A DNA stretch of 64,000 nt, from contig NC_058130.1 of assembly GCF_016433145.1 (NCBI RefSeq), positions 149,589,596 to 149,653,595 on the forward strand. The letters run 5' to 3'. How positions within the stretch are numbered: the stretch's first letter is position 1; every line of letters starts with the position of its first letter. The position numbers and the translations under genes were made by a program. Source of the stretch: Gracilinanus agilis (Eukaryota). A model generated the notes under the pieces. That model was not told the DNA's origin, made no database searches, and saw only the letters and a list, made by a program, of their open reading frames with translations. Shown here one piece after another: positions 22,703 through 36,359 of this stretch.

Positions 22703-25542
22703 GTTATTGCATCTGGGTCACCTGTAAGATTTAGGTCAGGACATATCTAAAAGAAGTTGAAATTGAATAAAAATGATTATTTGCATTTCTAATAATACAT
22801 AGTAGTTTCTTCTATTGTCATATTCTGCGGACCAGGGTATGTAGGGGAGGGAAATGAAGAAATGTTGCCACAAACAGAGGACATGTTATTCTGGACAAGA
22901 AAATAAGGATAAATGAAAATGTTGATAGTTAAACATATTTACATTTGGCACTTCATAATTTACAAAATATTTTTATATTCCTTCATCTCATTTGATTTTC
23001 ACAATAATTTCTGGAAGGAGATATGTTTTCAAATCTTGCCTCTGGTATTATTTAACTGTATGAACATGGGTAAGTCATATAACTTCTCAATGACCTAAGG
23101 AAACATCCCAAATTATGACAATTGGCCAATCTGTGTTATAGAATATTTATAGAAGGGGATTTTCTCACATAGACATTTTCTGATATCTTGACCAACATTT
23201 CTAAGGTCATCTTCATCCCCTACAAATTCTTGTAACTTAGTGAGTTTTAAATAAGCTGCTTTAGATCCCACAACCAGTAAGTTTCACTGTCAAGACTAGA
23301 ACTAGAATCATTTACTTCCTATTTTAGGAGCAATACTGTATATTTGTTCCAAGAAAGGAGAGATGTATGGGCTGGGGCTAAGGGTTAAGTGATTTATCCA
23401 GGGTCACATAGCTATAAAGTACCTGAGGTCAAATTTGAACCTAGGACTTGTTATCTCTAGGCCTGACTCACAATCCACTGAGCCAGCTTTCCTATTTTCC
23501 ATCAAGTCTCAGCTATAGTCTTGCTTTCTTCAAGAAGCCTTTCTCAGTCCTTCCTTATTTTAGTAATCCCCTAATTTATCCCACACATATTGTCCTCATA
23601 CATATTTGTTTTCCCCCTTCCCTACCATTACACTTTGAGTAGAGATTGCTTTTTTGCCTTTGTATCCCCAGTGCTTAGCACAGTGGCTGGCACATAGTGG
23701 ACACTTAAGAAATGCTCATTAAATGTCCAATAAATGGCAGTTATAGAGCATTCTAAATCAGAATTGTCACCATCTATACATATAGGTCCCTTGCCAACTC
23801 CATACATATAGTAGGTATGCACAACAATATGTACTGTGACATGAGTCCAATTCCTATTCCAGTTTTAGCCTCTCGAAATCTTTGATCATGAGACTCACCC
23901 ATAATTTTCCTATAGTGCAAATGGAGTGATGTAAGTTATTTTTAGAATACTTAGATTGACTTAGGTTGCTTCTGATAGAATGACTAGCTCTTATGAGTGG
24001 AGACTACAAGATTCATGTCAATTTAAAGGGAGATAGAGTGACTTTTTATTTGTTTTTCTTTTCTTTTTTAAAAAACTCTTACTTTCTGTCCTAAAATAAA
24101 TACAAAGGATTGGTTCCAAAGGCAGAAGTGTGGTGAAGGGTAGGTACTTTGTGTTAAGTGACTTGCCACAAGGATTACATAGCTAAGAAGTGTTTGGGGG
24201 TCATATTTGAATTTAGGGCCTCCTATTTCCAAGCTGACTTTCTATTTAGTGAATCATATAACTACCCCTAAACAGAGTTTTAAAATAGGCCTCAAGTCCC
24301 CAAACTTTCTTTCTCATATTTTCCTTAGCATTTTTATCAATGACGTTGATACTTTTTCCATGTGTAAATAACATAGAGTTGGGATGGAGAGCTAATACAC
24401 TGTTTTACAGAACTGAGATTCAAAAAAATCTTTATGGGTTCATTAATGGGTTTTCTTATCAACTCTTATTTCCAGGACTTTACTTTTGGTATAGTGGGCT
24501 GGTTCTGGGGTTGGATCAAAAGCTTTGAGAATCTCACCCTTTTGGCAACTGGAAGAAGTAGATGAAAAGGACAAAGAGGGAGGCTTCATCCACAATTGGA
24601 GACTGTAATAATGGTAGTTGAGCCAGAAGAACCACAAACTCAAAGATCATAACTCAGATGATGAAGACTATAGACTAAAAGGAAGTGACACAGGATGCCA
24701 CCTGACAAGCATTTTTATAATGAGAGAATTTATTTTTAATATATTGAATTATTTTTATTTCTGAGTTCTGAATTGAGACTTAGATCTGTCCCTTGGACTC
24801 ATTCCTTTGATCCTAGGATATTCGAGGAATGCCCCACTCTGGAGCATCTTCTACTGGAGGAAGTAAAGTGAGATCATGAGTTCTATGTTTCTTGGTAAAC
24901 AGAAATCAATTTAGGTCATGTATATCTATAAGCAGTAGAACAGAGTCCTTGAATCTTGCATCATGGAGAAGTATTGAACAAAGTCATTCCTACACAGGCA
25001 GAATTTGATTTCTTTTCTTAGATGTTGAGAGCATGGGATCAAGTATGTGACTGTCAACTATCCATCAAGGAATCAGTTAGGGACTGAGAGAATGATGGAT
25101 CATCTCTTCATTGGTCATTCACCAATTTGAGATGTCTTGGGACATCTAGGGAAGGCCTGAAAATGAACTTCCAAACTTGTATTTAATGATGTGTAGAACT
25201 TCATGATCTTTGATCACCAAGAGATCATTAGCCTAATCAATACATTTATTTTCTTACCTGGAAGCTAGTCTCTTAAAATTCTTAATTGTCACCCTAAAGA
25301 AAAAAAGACCAAAGAGTCTTTGTACCTTTTCTCTTTTTATATAAGTAAATCCTTCTTAGAAATTATCCTCCATTCAATCCAAAGACAAGAGGCGTATGCT
25401 CCATGGTGTTTAATTTTTAAAACTTTTCCATCCTTGTTTTTGCTACTTGACTACTAGAACAGACAGTCTTAGTTTTTTTTATTGTATTTTAATTCTCTTG
25501 ATGCATATGACAAATAGAAACTAGTTAGAATTTTAAAAGGAT

Positions 25543-25657
25543 ATCTAAGCCATCTTAACACCCTGAAAACCTGGGCTATATTCTTGAAGCCTTATCACCN
25601 ATCTAAGCCATCTTAACACCCTGAAAACCTGGGCTATATTCTTGAAGCCTTATCACC
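25543..25657. other. Assembly gap (N at 25600) flanked by an exact 57-bp overlap
   Basis: 25543-25599 is identical to 25601-25657; unit A has one copy. Confidence 0.9.
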
Positions 25658-25787
25658 CTGGATGCATATGTATCTGTGTCTTCTAGTTTCTTTTAATAAA
25701 ATCCTACTGGTCTGAATTGAGCAAGAAGTGGTCTTTTTTTATTGTGACATGACTATTTAATGTATGCTACCGTACACGAACTAAGAA

Positions 25788-26020
25788 TTGTAGTTTAATT
25801 CACTTTATGGATATGACTACATGACTAATAGAATCTAGTTAGGATTCTAAAAGGATGTTTAAGCCATCTTTACACCCTGAAAACCTGGGCTATATTCTTG
25901 AAGACTTATCACCCTGGATGCATATGTATCTGTGTCTTCTAGTTTCCATTAATAAAATTCTGCTGGTCTGGTTTTAGCAAGAAGTGGTCTTAGTTAAATG
26001 ATAACATTTAATGTATGCTT
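25788..26020. repeat. Diverged second tandem copy of about 230-260 bp (homolog of about 6370-6600)
   Basis: Repeats tagttag..ttctaaaaggat..aagccatctt.acaccctgaaaacctgggctatattcttgaag with several substitutions relative to the copy just upstream. Confidence 0.85.
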
Positions 26021-26538
26021 CCAAATATAGATTATAGAGGTTAAAAACTGCTATGTACTGAGAGATAAGGGGCTCATGTGAGATGCTATATGTGTACATA
26101 CATGTAGACACATACATGTAGACATACATATATGCACAATATATTTGTGTTGTCATGAGAGGTCCTCACTCCACTCTGCTGTTGTTGATCAATGGTTCTT
26201 TCATTCAATCTTATCTTGCCCTTTATGACCCAATGGACCAACTGTCCATTGTTTTTTTTTTTTTTTTGACAAAGATACTGAAGTGGTTCACCATTTCTCC
26301 AGGTTTATACAGGCAAAGGTTAAATGGCTTCCCCAAGGTTTTACAGTTTGTAAGTATGTGAGGTCAGATTTGATCTCTGGTCCTCTGCTTTCTGGTCTAG
26401 GACTCTATCCACTACACCACTTTGCTACCTTCCACTAATAGAGAGTGGTCTCTAAATGATGAATTTGCCAGTTTTTGTACTTCCCTCCCCCCACTTTTTA
26501 AAAAAAAAACCAGTATTAAAAATGTCAGAAGAAGGAAG

Positions 26539-27431
26539 TGTTATAAAGAAAAAGGTCTTAGGGAGATATAGGTATACAGTGATGTGAATGTATCTATGTA
26601 TTCTCCCTAGTTGCAGATGATGGAGGAACACCAACCCCAATCACCCTTGATGGTTGTTAAAATTTCCCTTTTCTCTAACAGTTGCCCAGGGAGGACCCCG
26701 AAAAGTTAGGTGGATTGGTAACCCTTTCAGGTCCCAACTGGGGTTGGATAAATTATTATAGGGCTTTTGATTTGCCTTGGATCATGTTTGGTATTGGACT
26801 GCATTAGCTCCCTCCCCAAGGGTCGTGATATAAAGACCACTCAGGAAGGTACTTGTTAAACACCCTTTATCTATAATCTATAATCAGAGAAAGGATAAAC
26901 AGGATAAGGAATGGGGATCGGCAACCCTGTCAATTTAATATCTATAACTAGTTAACAATCTGGACTGGAGGCTATTGATTTAGTAAAAGCTGGAGCTTTG
27001 TTCTCCACTACCCCTCTGGCCCATCCTGGTCACAGCCAAGCCAGAGAATAGGGTCTGCTGTTGATACAGCTGTGTTGATGTTATTCTCTCAGCTTTTCAC
27101 TATCAGTGTTTGGTGATGCACTAGCTCTCACAGTCTTCAGGAAATATATTAAGATTTTTCCTATCCTCTTCTTCATAGACCTCCCAGCCTCCCTTCACCA
27201 CCCAGAGACCCAGAGACCTAAAAAGCTAGAAAGATTCAGAAACCTAAAGACCTAAAGGACCAAAAACCCAAAAGACCAAAGAACCCTCCAAATGGCTGTC
27301 GGGGTTATTTATACTGCCAGGCCAACTGATGTTTGCCCCTGGCTCACGGCATCTGGGAACATATGCCTTCCAAATGCCTCCCCTGTCATTTAATGGTGGC
27401 ATTCATCATTTCCCAGGATATGAACATAACA
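26539..27431 (+). mobile_element. Solo LTR (ERV1-like by 4-bp TSD), 893 bp
   Basis: TGTTAT...ATAACA termini; TSD gaag; empty site in unit A near 7110; homologous to 41201-42192. Confidence 0.88.
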
Positions 27432-27691
27432 GAAGACAACTAAAATGACCTTTTATTCATATTTTATGTGCTTTTATGGACACATTACCTTCCCCATAGA
27501 ACATGAATACCTTGCAATGATGGTTTTCTTTATATCTTAGTATTCTAGCACCTAACCCAATGTCCAGTCCATAGTAGATACTTAATAAAGATTGCAGGTG
27601 GGCTGATCAATGGAAAATGTCTGGATCCAAAGCTGAATGGACACAGATAAGTGATGAAAGTGCACCAGCTGATGAAAAGATAATATTAGGG

Positions 27692-28663
27692 TGACATGGT
27701 ACATGAGAAAAATTGGCCTCTGTCAATTCTACTTGGTACTTTCCTAGCCTTGTTCTGGGTGTTATAAGAAAAGTTAAGTTTGTAAAGGGCAGAAGCATGG
27801 ACATCAGAGTGAAAGGTTCTGGAATTCTGTAGGGGTAGCTGGCCTGTTACAAAAAGACAGTTAGGCCTTGGGCTGAGTCATGTCTCTATGGGGTGGACCT
27901 AGGGAGATTGGCTATTTCTCTGTGGTTTTCTTCCTTCCATATCTTTCCATCTTACTTGTGTTTTGTTATCCTGCTACCTGTGACTGTTTGACATCTGCTG
28001 AGTTCCTGTGCTGAACCTGAGACATCTGGCAGCTGATTGTGAGACCAGGCCGAGATGCTTTTGGATCTTGGTCCATCTTGAGCCCTGTCCAGCTTATACA
28101 GACCTTTCCCTTAAATTACCAAAAGGTTGTTTAGTGTTAGCTTAGTTGAGTACAGGAATTTGGGTTAGATAGTGAGGACCAGAGTAGAGTAGGGAAACTT
28201 ACTCTGAAGAAATCTCTACAATCTGTGTAGAGATATTTAGTTTGGTGGGGGGCTTAGTTAGTTGAGATTAGTGAGGAAGTTCATCTAACTCCCTTTTAAC
28301 CTTTCCCCTTGTTAATTAAACCTTGTTAATTATATAACATTTCATTGGTTTGTGTGAGTCATCTCAGTGTTAGGCTCTGCCTACACTGAACTTAGTAGGC
28401 CTTCCCAAAAGAGGTTAATCTTCTGTTACTGGCCCTAATTAGCCATCTAAACTCATCCCCTGAACCCACAATCCCTGGCTGAGGAAGAGTGTTGAAAACA
28501 ATGTCTTGGTACTTGTGCATAGGTGAATCTCTTTCCTTTCCCCCACTTTGGATCTTTTATTCTCAGGCATAATTCATAGGTTCTCCCTTAGGCCTGTAGA
28601 TTGGTTGCCTTTGGAAACATTTTGTTTTGACCTTAACCTGCCTTTCTATTGACCCATTGATAT
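27692..28663 (+). mobile_element. LTR-retroelement-like insertion, unit B only
   Basis: Starts TG and is absent from unit A near 7730; attaaa signal near 28315; no clean CA end or TSD found. Confidence 0.55.
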
Positions 28664-29290
28664 CTTTACTTAGACCATATTCTTTATCCTGACCATAAGG
28701 TTAATTCTTTTTCTAGTCCTTTTGCTAACCTCAACCAGTCTCTCATTTTCTTTATAAGGGCCAAGGACCTAATAGGAGAACAATCTTTAGCCCCTGATAT
28801 AGCATTGAAAAGAGAACTCACATCATCCAGAAGATAAAATGGGGGAAATGGTTTTGATTTCATCCCATTTGGTACATTGTCGAGCAAAAATCTATGATAA
28901 TATTATGAGGGAGGGCACTGGGAGATAGCAAGGTACTGGTGAACTACTGAATCAGGGCAAGTCTCACAAAAAGGCTTTACATATGGGCAAGAAATCAATG
29001 AATTTGGGCAGAGGCAGGTAAGAAAGTTAAGGAAGCATTCTTTTAAAATCTTTGAATGGCTTTTTCTATAAAAATTCAGGCATCGTGGAAAATATGTCAT
29101 CAGACACATAAAAATTAGAGGGTCATGGGTCAGTTTTGGGACTTTTGTTATTCTTATATTGGAAGCTCTTTTATTAAAAATATAAAAATAGACAAGACCC
29201 AAGACATCTAAATAAAATAACAACCCAACATTCACCTTGCTTATGCCAGAGTCATGGTTAGAAGTGAAATAATTACCAGGGCTAAACATC

Positions 29291-30229
29291 TCATAGGCCC
29301 CTCATGAATGTTAGTCTTTTTAGCAATTTTCTCATAGCTGCATTTACTTCTTTGTTCCGCAGGCTATAGATGATGGGGTTGAGCATGGGGGTCACCACTG
29401 AATAGAACAATGTTATAAATTGGCCTGCAATTGAACTTTTGGACCTGGGCTTCATATACATGAAGAGAATTGTCCCATAAAACACAGTCACCACAGTCAA
29501 GTGTGATGAGCAAGTAGAAAAGGCTTTTTTCCTTCCTTCTGCAGAATTAATTCTCAGGATGGCAGAGAGAATAAAAATATAGGAGATAATAATTAACAAA
29601 AATGGGAAGAATGCAAATATGCTGTCTATTAACAAAACAATCTCATTCAAGGAAATGTCCACACAGACCAGCTTTAGGAGGGCTAAGATTTCACAAACAA
29701 AATGATTAATTATGTTTTTCCCACAAAAGGGCAGCCTAATAACAAGAGCTGTTTCCATAGCTGAATCAAGAAAACCTACAACCCAGGAAATAACCACCAG
29801 TTGCACACAGAGTCTCTTATTCATGATTACAGGGTATCTGAGAGGATTACAGATGGCTACATACCTATCAAATGCCATTGTAGCAAGAAGCACGCATTCT
29901 GTGGAGCCCATGGCAAAGGAGATATACATTTGGATCATACACCCATAGAAGGAGATGGTTTTTGTTTCTGAGGAGAAGTTGGTCAACATTTTGGGGATGA
30001 AAGAAGATGTAAAACAGATATCTAAGAAGGAGAGACTACTGAGGAAAAAATACATTGGTGTGTGAAGGTGACTATTGAGGAGAGTCAGAACAATTATAAT
30101 ACTATTTCCCATTAGAATAACCATGTACATTACTAGACATAAAATAAAGATGAGCATTTCAGTCTTTGGGTAATCTGAAAATCCCAGTAAAACAAACTCT
30201 TTCCTGGATGTCCAGTTGACTCCTTCCAT
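29291..30229 (-). CDS. Olfactory receptor, OR13 family, 312 aa; twin of 8341-9282
   Basis: Intact ORF with all OR motifs; one codon shorter in TM5. Confidence 0.93.
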   Translation of the reverse strand: MEGVNWTSRKEFVLLGFSDYPKTEMLIFILCLVMYMVILMGNSIIIVLTLLNSHLHTPMYFFLSSLSFLDICFTSSFIPKMLTNFSSETKTISFYGCMIQMYISFAMGSTECVLLATMAFDRYVAICNPLRYPVIMNKRLCVQLVVISWVVGFLDSAMETALVIRLPFCGKNIINHFVCEILALLKLVCVDISLNEIVLLIDSIFAFFPFLLIIISYIFILSAILRINSAEGRKKAFSTCSSHLTVVTVFYGTILFMYMKPRSKSSIAGQFITLFYSVVTPMLNPIIYSLRNKEVNAAMRKLLKRLTFMRGL

Positions 30230-32731
30230 TGTACTTTATTTTACCTGTTGCAATTCATACAGAAAAGAACAGGTGCTTAGTGACTCCATGCTTAGACTTC
30301 ATGCAGCAGGTGGTGTCATGGGCATCTCAGGAATGAGAATCATCCCTTACAAAGAAGTGAACCTAGAAGGTAGAGGTGTGTGGATGAGGAACAGTAAAAA
30401 ACTAGTTGGTTGCATTGTAGATATAGATAAATAAATAAACATAGATTTTATATTCACATATATTCACTGAAAATACAAATATTTAGAGGCTGTACTCTGG
30501 TTTTGTACAGGTCGCACGGTGAATGGGGGAGAATGAAGCCTATATTTGAATTATTATAATATATTTTTTACCTATATATCCTGAAGGAGGGACCAATTTC
30601 CAGATCTATCCATGGTTAGGCTAGATTTTTGTAATGGATGCAGCAAGACCAATCTCTGGAGTGATAGAATTCAGTGAACTTGACAAATGAACAATATTAT
30701 CCCATTTCTCCTTTTGAGCTTTGTAATCTTACTAAATGATATTCTTTGAGCCTAAATTAAATAGTAAGGATGTGGAGACAATAAAATTTAATTAAATAAT
30801 AGTTAACTTTTCCTTTCTTCTTATTTCCTAGAATCAACAGAAAAATCTCCTTTTAATTTATTTCTAGCAAAAATGACTTCTTTGCCAGGGTTAATAGACA
30901 CAAACATTTCTATTCAATATTCTAACTATATCAGAACAGGCTTTTATCTCACTGCCAAAACTGAGAAGCATTATTTCCATACTGAATATAATCTATTATA
31001 GATATTTGTGTAAACTCCTAAGGGTCAGGGTCTGTGTCCCTGCAAGTTTTAACTCTTTCAATTCAGAATATAATGACTTACATTATAGGAAATCCTTAAT
31101 AAATGCTTGTTGAATTGAAGACAAACATTCTACCCAACCCAACTTAATTTCTAATGCCCCTTTTCAGAGACTGTAAGGGAACTGAGTTCAAACATATAGA
31201 TAGTAAGCTCTCAGAAATTCCATATTTGTCAAATGTAATAACCTTTAAAGTTTTTTCCTTCTTTTGTTTTATCTTTATTTGTTATTGTTGATGACATTTC
31301 TTCTTGTAACTCTCCCATCTTTGCATTTCTGACAAATTTCTTTTTCTCTCTTGGATGTCATACTACTTACTCATATACTTTTCAATTTCATTTTTTGAGT
31401 TAATCATCCCTTTCTCATTAACCAAATTATGATAGTCTCCAAAACATTTTAGTCTTATCTTTTTACATCTTCTTGCCAAACTCTCCCCCTTTGACCATCT
31501 TATCCATTTCCACAGATTCCATGTCATCCATATGCACCTGTTCCCCATTATGTATTTAGTCTCAAGTGTTTCCCATATCTTTATCTACTCATTGGAATTC
31601 TCCCTGTGGTGTGGACCAATACTTCAAATGAAACATTTCAAACATTATGACCCCCTCAACTTGTTCCTTTTCCTTATCCTCTTTTGTGTTTGATTGCACG
31701 AATACCCTCCTAGTCAACCAGGTTCAGGGCCTCCTAAGTCATATTTGACTCTTCCAAATCCTTTACTCAAATTCCATCAGATGCTCAGTGTTGTTAATTT
31801 TTTGTCAGTCATTTATCTCTTCTCTACTTACATGTTTAGCTTACTAGTGGAGACTCTTATCATTTTTAGGTGTGGCTATTTTAATAGTTTTCTCAACTTA
31901 TCATCCTGCCTTTTGTCCCTCTTCTGCAATCCACCTTTCATGAATTAAAAAATGTTTCCATTTTCTGATTTTTGACTCCATGATTTAGTTTTAAAAACTT
32001 CCACTATTCCTTTTAAGTAAAACCATGGCCTATCCAGTCTGACATTTAAGACCCTCCACAACTGACACAGCTAGGTGATAAAATGAATAGAATGCCAGGC
32101 TTCCTGAGATCAAATCTGGCTTCTGATATTTAGTAGCTTTGTGACTATGGGTGAGTCATTTAACCCTATTTGCCTTAGTTTCCTCGCCTGTAAAATGATC
32201 TGGAGAATGAAATGACAAATGACTACAGACTCTTTGTCAAGAAATCCCCCAAACTAGGGTCTCAAAGATTTGTGTATGAGTGAAAAATGAGTGAACAACA
32301 GCAAACAATTGGATTATATTTTACTTTTCCTCATTTCATATATCTCTTCTTCACATAATCCATGTTTGAATCAAACTGGTTTCTAGCATATCCCTAATCT
32401 CATTATTCCATTTCAAAACTCAATACACTAAAGGAAGACAGTAACTCTATCAACCAGCATTTATTAAGCATCTGCACTGAGCCAAGCACCGTGCAATTCT
32501 TGGGCTGCAGTCTTCTCTCACTACTTGAAATTCTCCTCTTTTTCTCAGGACTAATTCAGGTACCAACTCTATGAAGTAATCTAATAAAAATATTCTTTCT
32601 CTTTTCAAATTTTTGCAAAGTCTTTTGCTTCCATTTCATTCAATCTTACAATAATAAATTGCTCTGTATACCTGTTGTGCAATCCCTATCATAGAATCAC
32701 AAATATAGGCCTTAAGGGGACCTTAGACATC

Positions 32732-33013
32732 TGCGTAGTTAGAATATTCTACCCCAGGACTACGTTCCCCAGATTTCCTTTAGTATTACCCAGCATCCTT
32801 TTCCCTTTGTCCCACATAGTATCCTTGCGTGTTTGCATATAGGTATGGGTAACCTTGTTTTTGCTCTTTTTTTCTCCCACATGGGAGGCTGGGAAAGCTG
32901 GCTTCTTTACTCAGGCTTTTACTTTACATTTTTCTTCCCTTACTTCAAGTTATTAAAAAAAACTTTGTAAATATAATACTTGGAGTATTTGGATATTAAT
33001 TTTTAATCTTACA
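32732..33013 (+). mobile_element. Short solo LTR, 282 bp
   Basis: TG...CA termini; 4-bp TSD catc; empty site in unit A near 12035. Confidence 0.82.
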
Positions 33014-33704
33014 CATCATATAGTCCCACTCTCTCATTTCAGAGATGAGGAAACTGAGATGGGGAATTAATTTACTAAAGGTGGTAATGGTAGAACTAAA
33101 ATCTGAATTTTTATCCTTTGATTATAAATCTGGAACTTTCTCCACTTCATATCAAATGGGAAATTCCTAGAAAACAGGAGTCCTTTCACTTTTTCATCTT
33201 TTTATCTCCTTAGTGCCATTACTCACAACTCTCAGCAGCATTCTATATTTTCTTTTCTTTTTCATTGGAATAACCAGAACTACTTTGCTGCTTGTAAAGC
33301 TTAGTTTAATCTAGTATTAATCATATTTCTATCAACAATGCCAATAACCTCAAAACTTGTTTCTTCTCAGGAATAATTTTATGCAGCATTTTTTATGGAA
33401 AGTAGAGATTTGAGATAATTATTCTGATATCTTGGTTGGTAAATTCTTTTACCTGATATTTCTGCTAACTTGTGTACTGCAGATTATGCCTCCTTCACCT
33501 ATGTGTCTAGATGTAGAATCCAATAGAAGTGGATTTGAGGGGAAAAGATCATGGAATTGAAGGTCATATAGAACTAAAAAAACCCATAAATTCCAAGTAA
33601 TGTAGCACTTTCATTTTATAGATGAGTAAATTGAGACCTAAGGAGGATACATAACTTGCCAAAGGTTGATTCAAACCTAAGAAGCACTTACAAATGAGGT
33701 TCTC

Positions 33705-33900
33705 AGGGCAGCTGGATGGCTCAGTGGATTGAGAGCCAGGTCTAGAGATGAGAGGTTCAAATCTGACCTTGGACACTTCCTAGCTATGTGATCTTGAACA
33801 AGTCACTTGACCTCCATTGCCTATCACTTTCCACTCTTCTGCCTTGGGACCAATATATAGTATTGATTCTAAAACAGAAGGTAAGGGTTTTTAAAAAAAG
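33705..33900 (+). mobile_element. Full-length SINE1-like element
   Basis: gggcagctggatggctcagtgg start and A-tail; 13-bp TSD aaatgaggttctc; empty site in unit A near 12715. Confidence 0.9.
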
Positions 33901-33971
33901 AAATGAGGTTCTCTGACTCCAAAGCCAATATTCTTTTCACTATATTAGTCCCACATTTTGAGTTTGAGAAG

Positions 33972-34779
33972 TGTGAAAAATATATGTAAGGTAATGGGGT
34001 CACCAGGGATATTAGAAATAAACTAAGTGGTTTGTGGGAACACACACACTGGGATTTATGAGAGACTATGGAAAGACCAGAGTTTACTGGATTCCTACAG
34101 GAATGGCAGTTGATCTTAACTATCACTCAGCTTCCACTAGGCCAGAGTATAGTAGCAGGCTGACAAGATAAAAGGGACTTAATAGTTTTAATTATGTTTG
34201 ACTAAAAGGTGGGGGAAAGGATTTCTATACTTAAAATCTAAAGGATAAAACCACAGGGCAATGGGAGGACTTATTCTACTCTTATCTAAGTGATCTAAAC
34301 TAACAGGGCCCAAGGAGCTGTAAATGGAGTCTCTGCCTCAGATCTGGAACCTGCCAGGCTTGAGTACAGCTGGGGCTTTTGTGGCTTTGGGATTCTCACT
34401 GCAATCCACTGATGAACTCTGGATGCCAGGAGCTAAAGTTATCTCAGGAACCAAGTAGTGAGGGTTTTGCTTGAAGCACTGTCCTCCAGTACTCAAACTT
34501 CACCTCTTCTCTTGGCTCTGTAGATCTTGTCCTTTTCTTAGATGCCACACCACACAGGATCCCAGGGGAAATCAGGAAGCAGGGTGTCCTTTTCCTCTGA
34601 GTGCTTCCAAGGCTAAGCACAGTTTGTGTTAACCCCTAATGGAGTCCCTTCTCAAAGCCAAGTCACCTCTTCCTGCTCCTTCATTCCAACCTGGAATTCC
34701 CAGCTCCAGTTCCTTCCTGCTATGCACTTAATACCTAATCAATATCTAATCAATACCTAATCTAATCTTCCTCACAACA
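33972..34779. mobile_element. Solo LTR, 808 bp
   Basis: TG...CA termini; 4-bp TSD gaag; empty site in unit A near 12778. Confidence 0.85.
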
Positions 34780-36359
34780 GAAGATTATAGGACATTTTGG
34801 TGGGGATGTTTAGCAGGCTATTTATAACATTTATAAGGCTTTCCTTAACTCATTACCTCTTATTTTCCATATTACAGATTCAAGATATAAAAAATAATGG
34901 TTTCCCAACCCATACAGTCAATTCAATAGCTTAGTGATTATTAAGACTGATACATTGGTCATAAAATTTTGATTCTTTGTAAGCAATCTCCTTTCCTTGC
35001 ATATCAACAGCTTCTTTCTCCAGAGACTACTTTGGAGTATCAGAACTCATAATAATCTGAGTCTGTAATAAGACTAAAAATTTTCTAGATACTTTATTTC
35101 ACTTTGCTAGGCATAAAAACCACACTCTTGAGGTGATCAGAGATCAAAACTTCAATTTACCTTTAAGCATGGGTTATTTTCTTCTTTTTTTCTGCTAGTG
35201 ACTTCTTAGCCCAGGTGTGTTAGAATCCTAACAGTTTGCAGATTCTCTTTGTGGAAGTTTCATGAAGAGATCAAACACAAGATTGTCAGGAATATCAGTA
35301 GCAATGACATATTCTATTGCATGGAGATTCTCCATTTGCACTGAGGAGATTTTTTTTCTCTCTTCTCCAGAGCAAAATGAGAAACAGCACAGTCAGACCT
35401 GGGGCTTTATGACATGGTAAAGAAGTCATGCATGAGACTATTAAGCCAAAATCCTGGAAAATCCAGCTGTGTCACTCTAGTTATTCCACAATCCTAAAAC
35501 TGGGACTAAGCTCTGGAGGAGCAGAGCAGCTGTAGGAAAATAATTTAATATTTCCTTTTCAGGAACTACTCTATCCCTTAGACAATTTCAACAGGTGACT
35601 CAGGAATTTCCATATGCCCTGAGGAATATTGGCCCTAACTTTTGCACATGACACATACCCAATTATCTCAACTTAGCTTTTGTTCTCTTGTTTTGTTTTT
35701 CAGCAGCAATCTTTTACAGTTGTGGCTTTTTGGGGAAGTATTTCCTTTGACTCTGAGGCTCTTTCCTTATAGAACACTTCTGAAAGATGCCAGAAACTTG
35801 AGATATGAAGAATTCCTTTTTATTATAAAAATTACCTATCTTTACCCTAAAAGACTTGCCCAGAGGAATATTTTTTCTAAACTTGGACAAAGGAAAAAGA
35901 AAGTTCATGTCTGTGGAACTGTAATTAAAAATATGGAAATGTTGGATTTTTGTTCTGAGGCTAAGTGGCAAGCAGAAAGCAGCAAAGAAATTTCCCTGTC
36001 AGGACTTCGTTGAAAATGAGTTGAGGCACAGAGAATGTAAATGAATTGTCCATGTGTCACAAAGCCTATATGAGCAAAAAATGAGATTTGGATCTAGGTC
36101 TTTTAGTCTCTGAGGCCAGCGACCTTATCCATTATACCACATTACTTCTCATAAACAGTCATTATGATGCCCACATGAATATCTCCAGGCTGGATCAGAG
36201 TTCTAATCAATGGAATTTGCACTGCCATTGGAGTGCCAAGACCTTCATTTGCATCCCACCTCTCTCACTTGCTACTTGGGTAACCCTGTAATCCTGGGCA
36301 GGTCATCACTTCTCTGAGCCTTGGAATTGTATCTATAAAATCAGAAGATTGGACTAGGT

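Larger units (their letters stand above)
22604..36356. repeat. Tandem segmental duplication, unit B (main block)
   Basis: Colinear with 1595-14370. Confidence 0.93.

Noticed and set aside
25543-25657. Perfect 57-bp tandem repeat
   Set aside because: Exactly flanks the N; unmerged contig overlap
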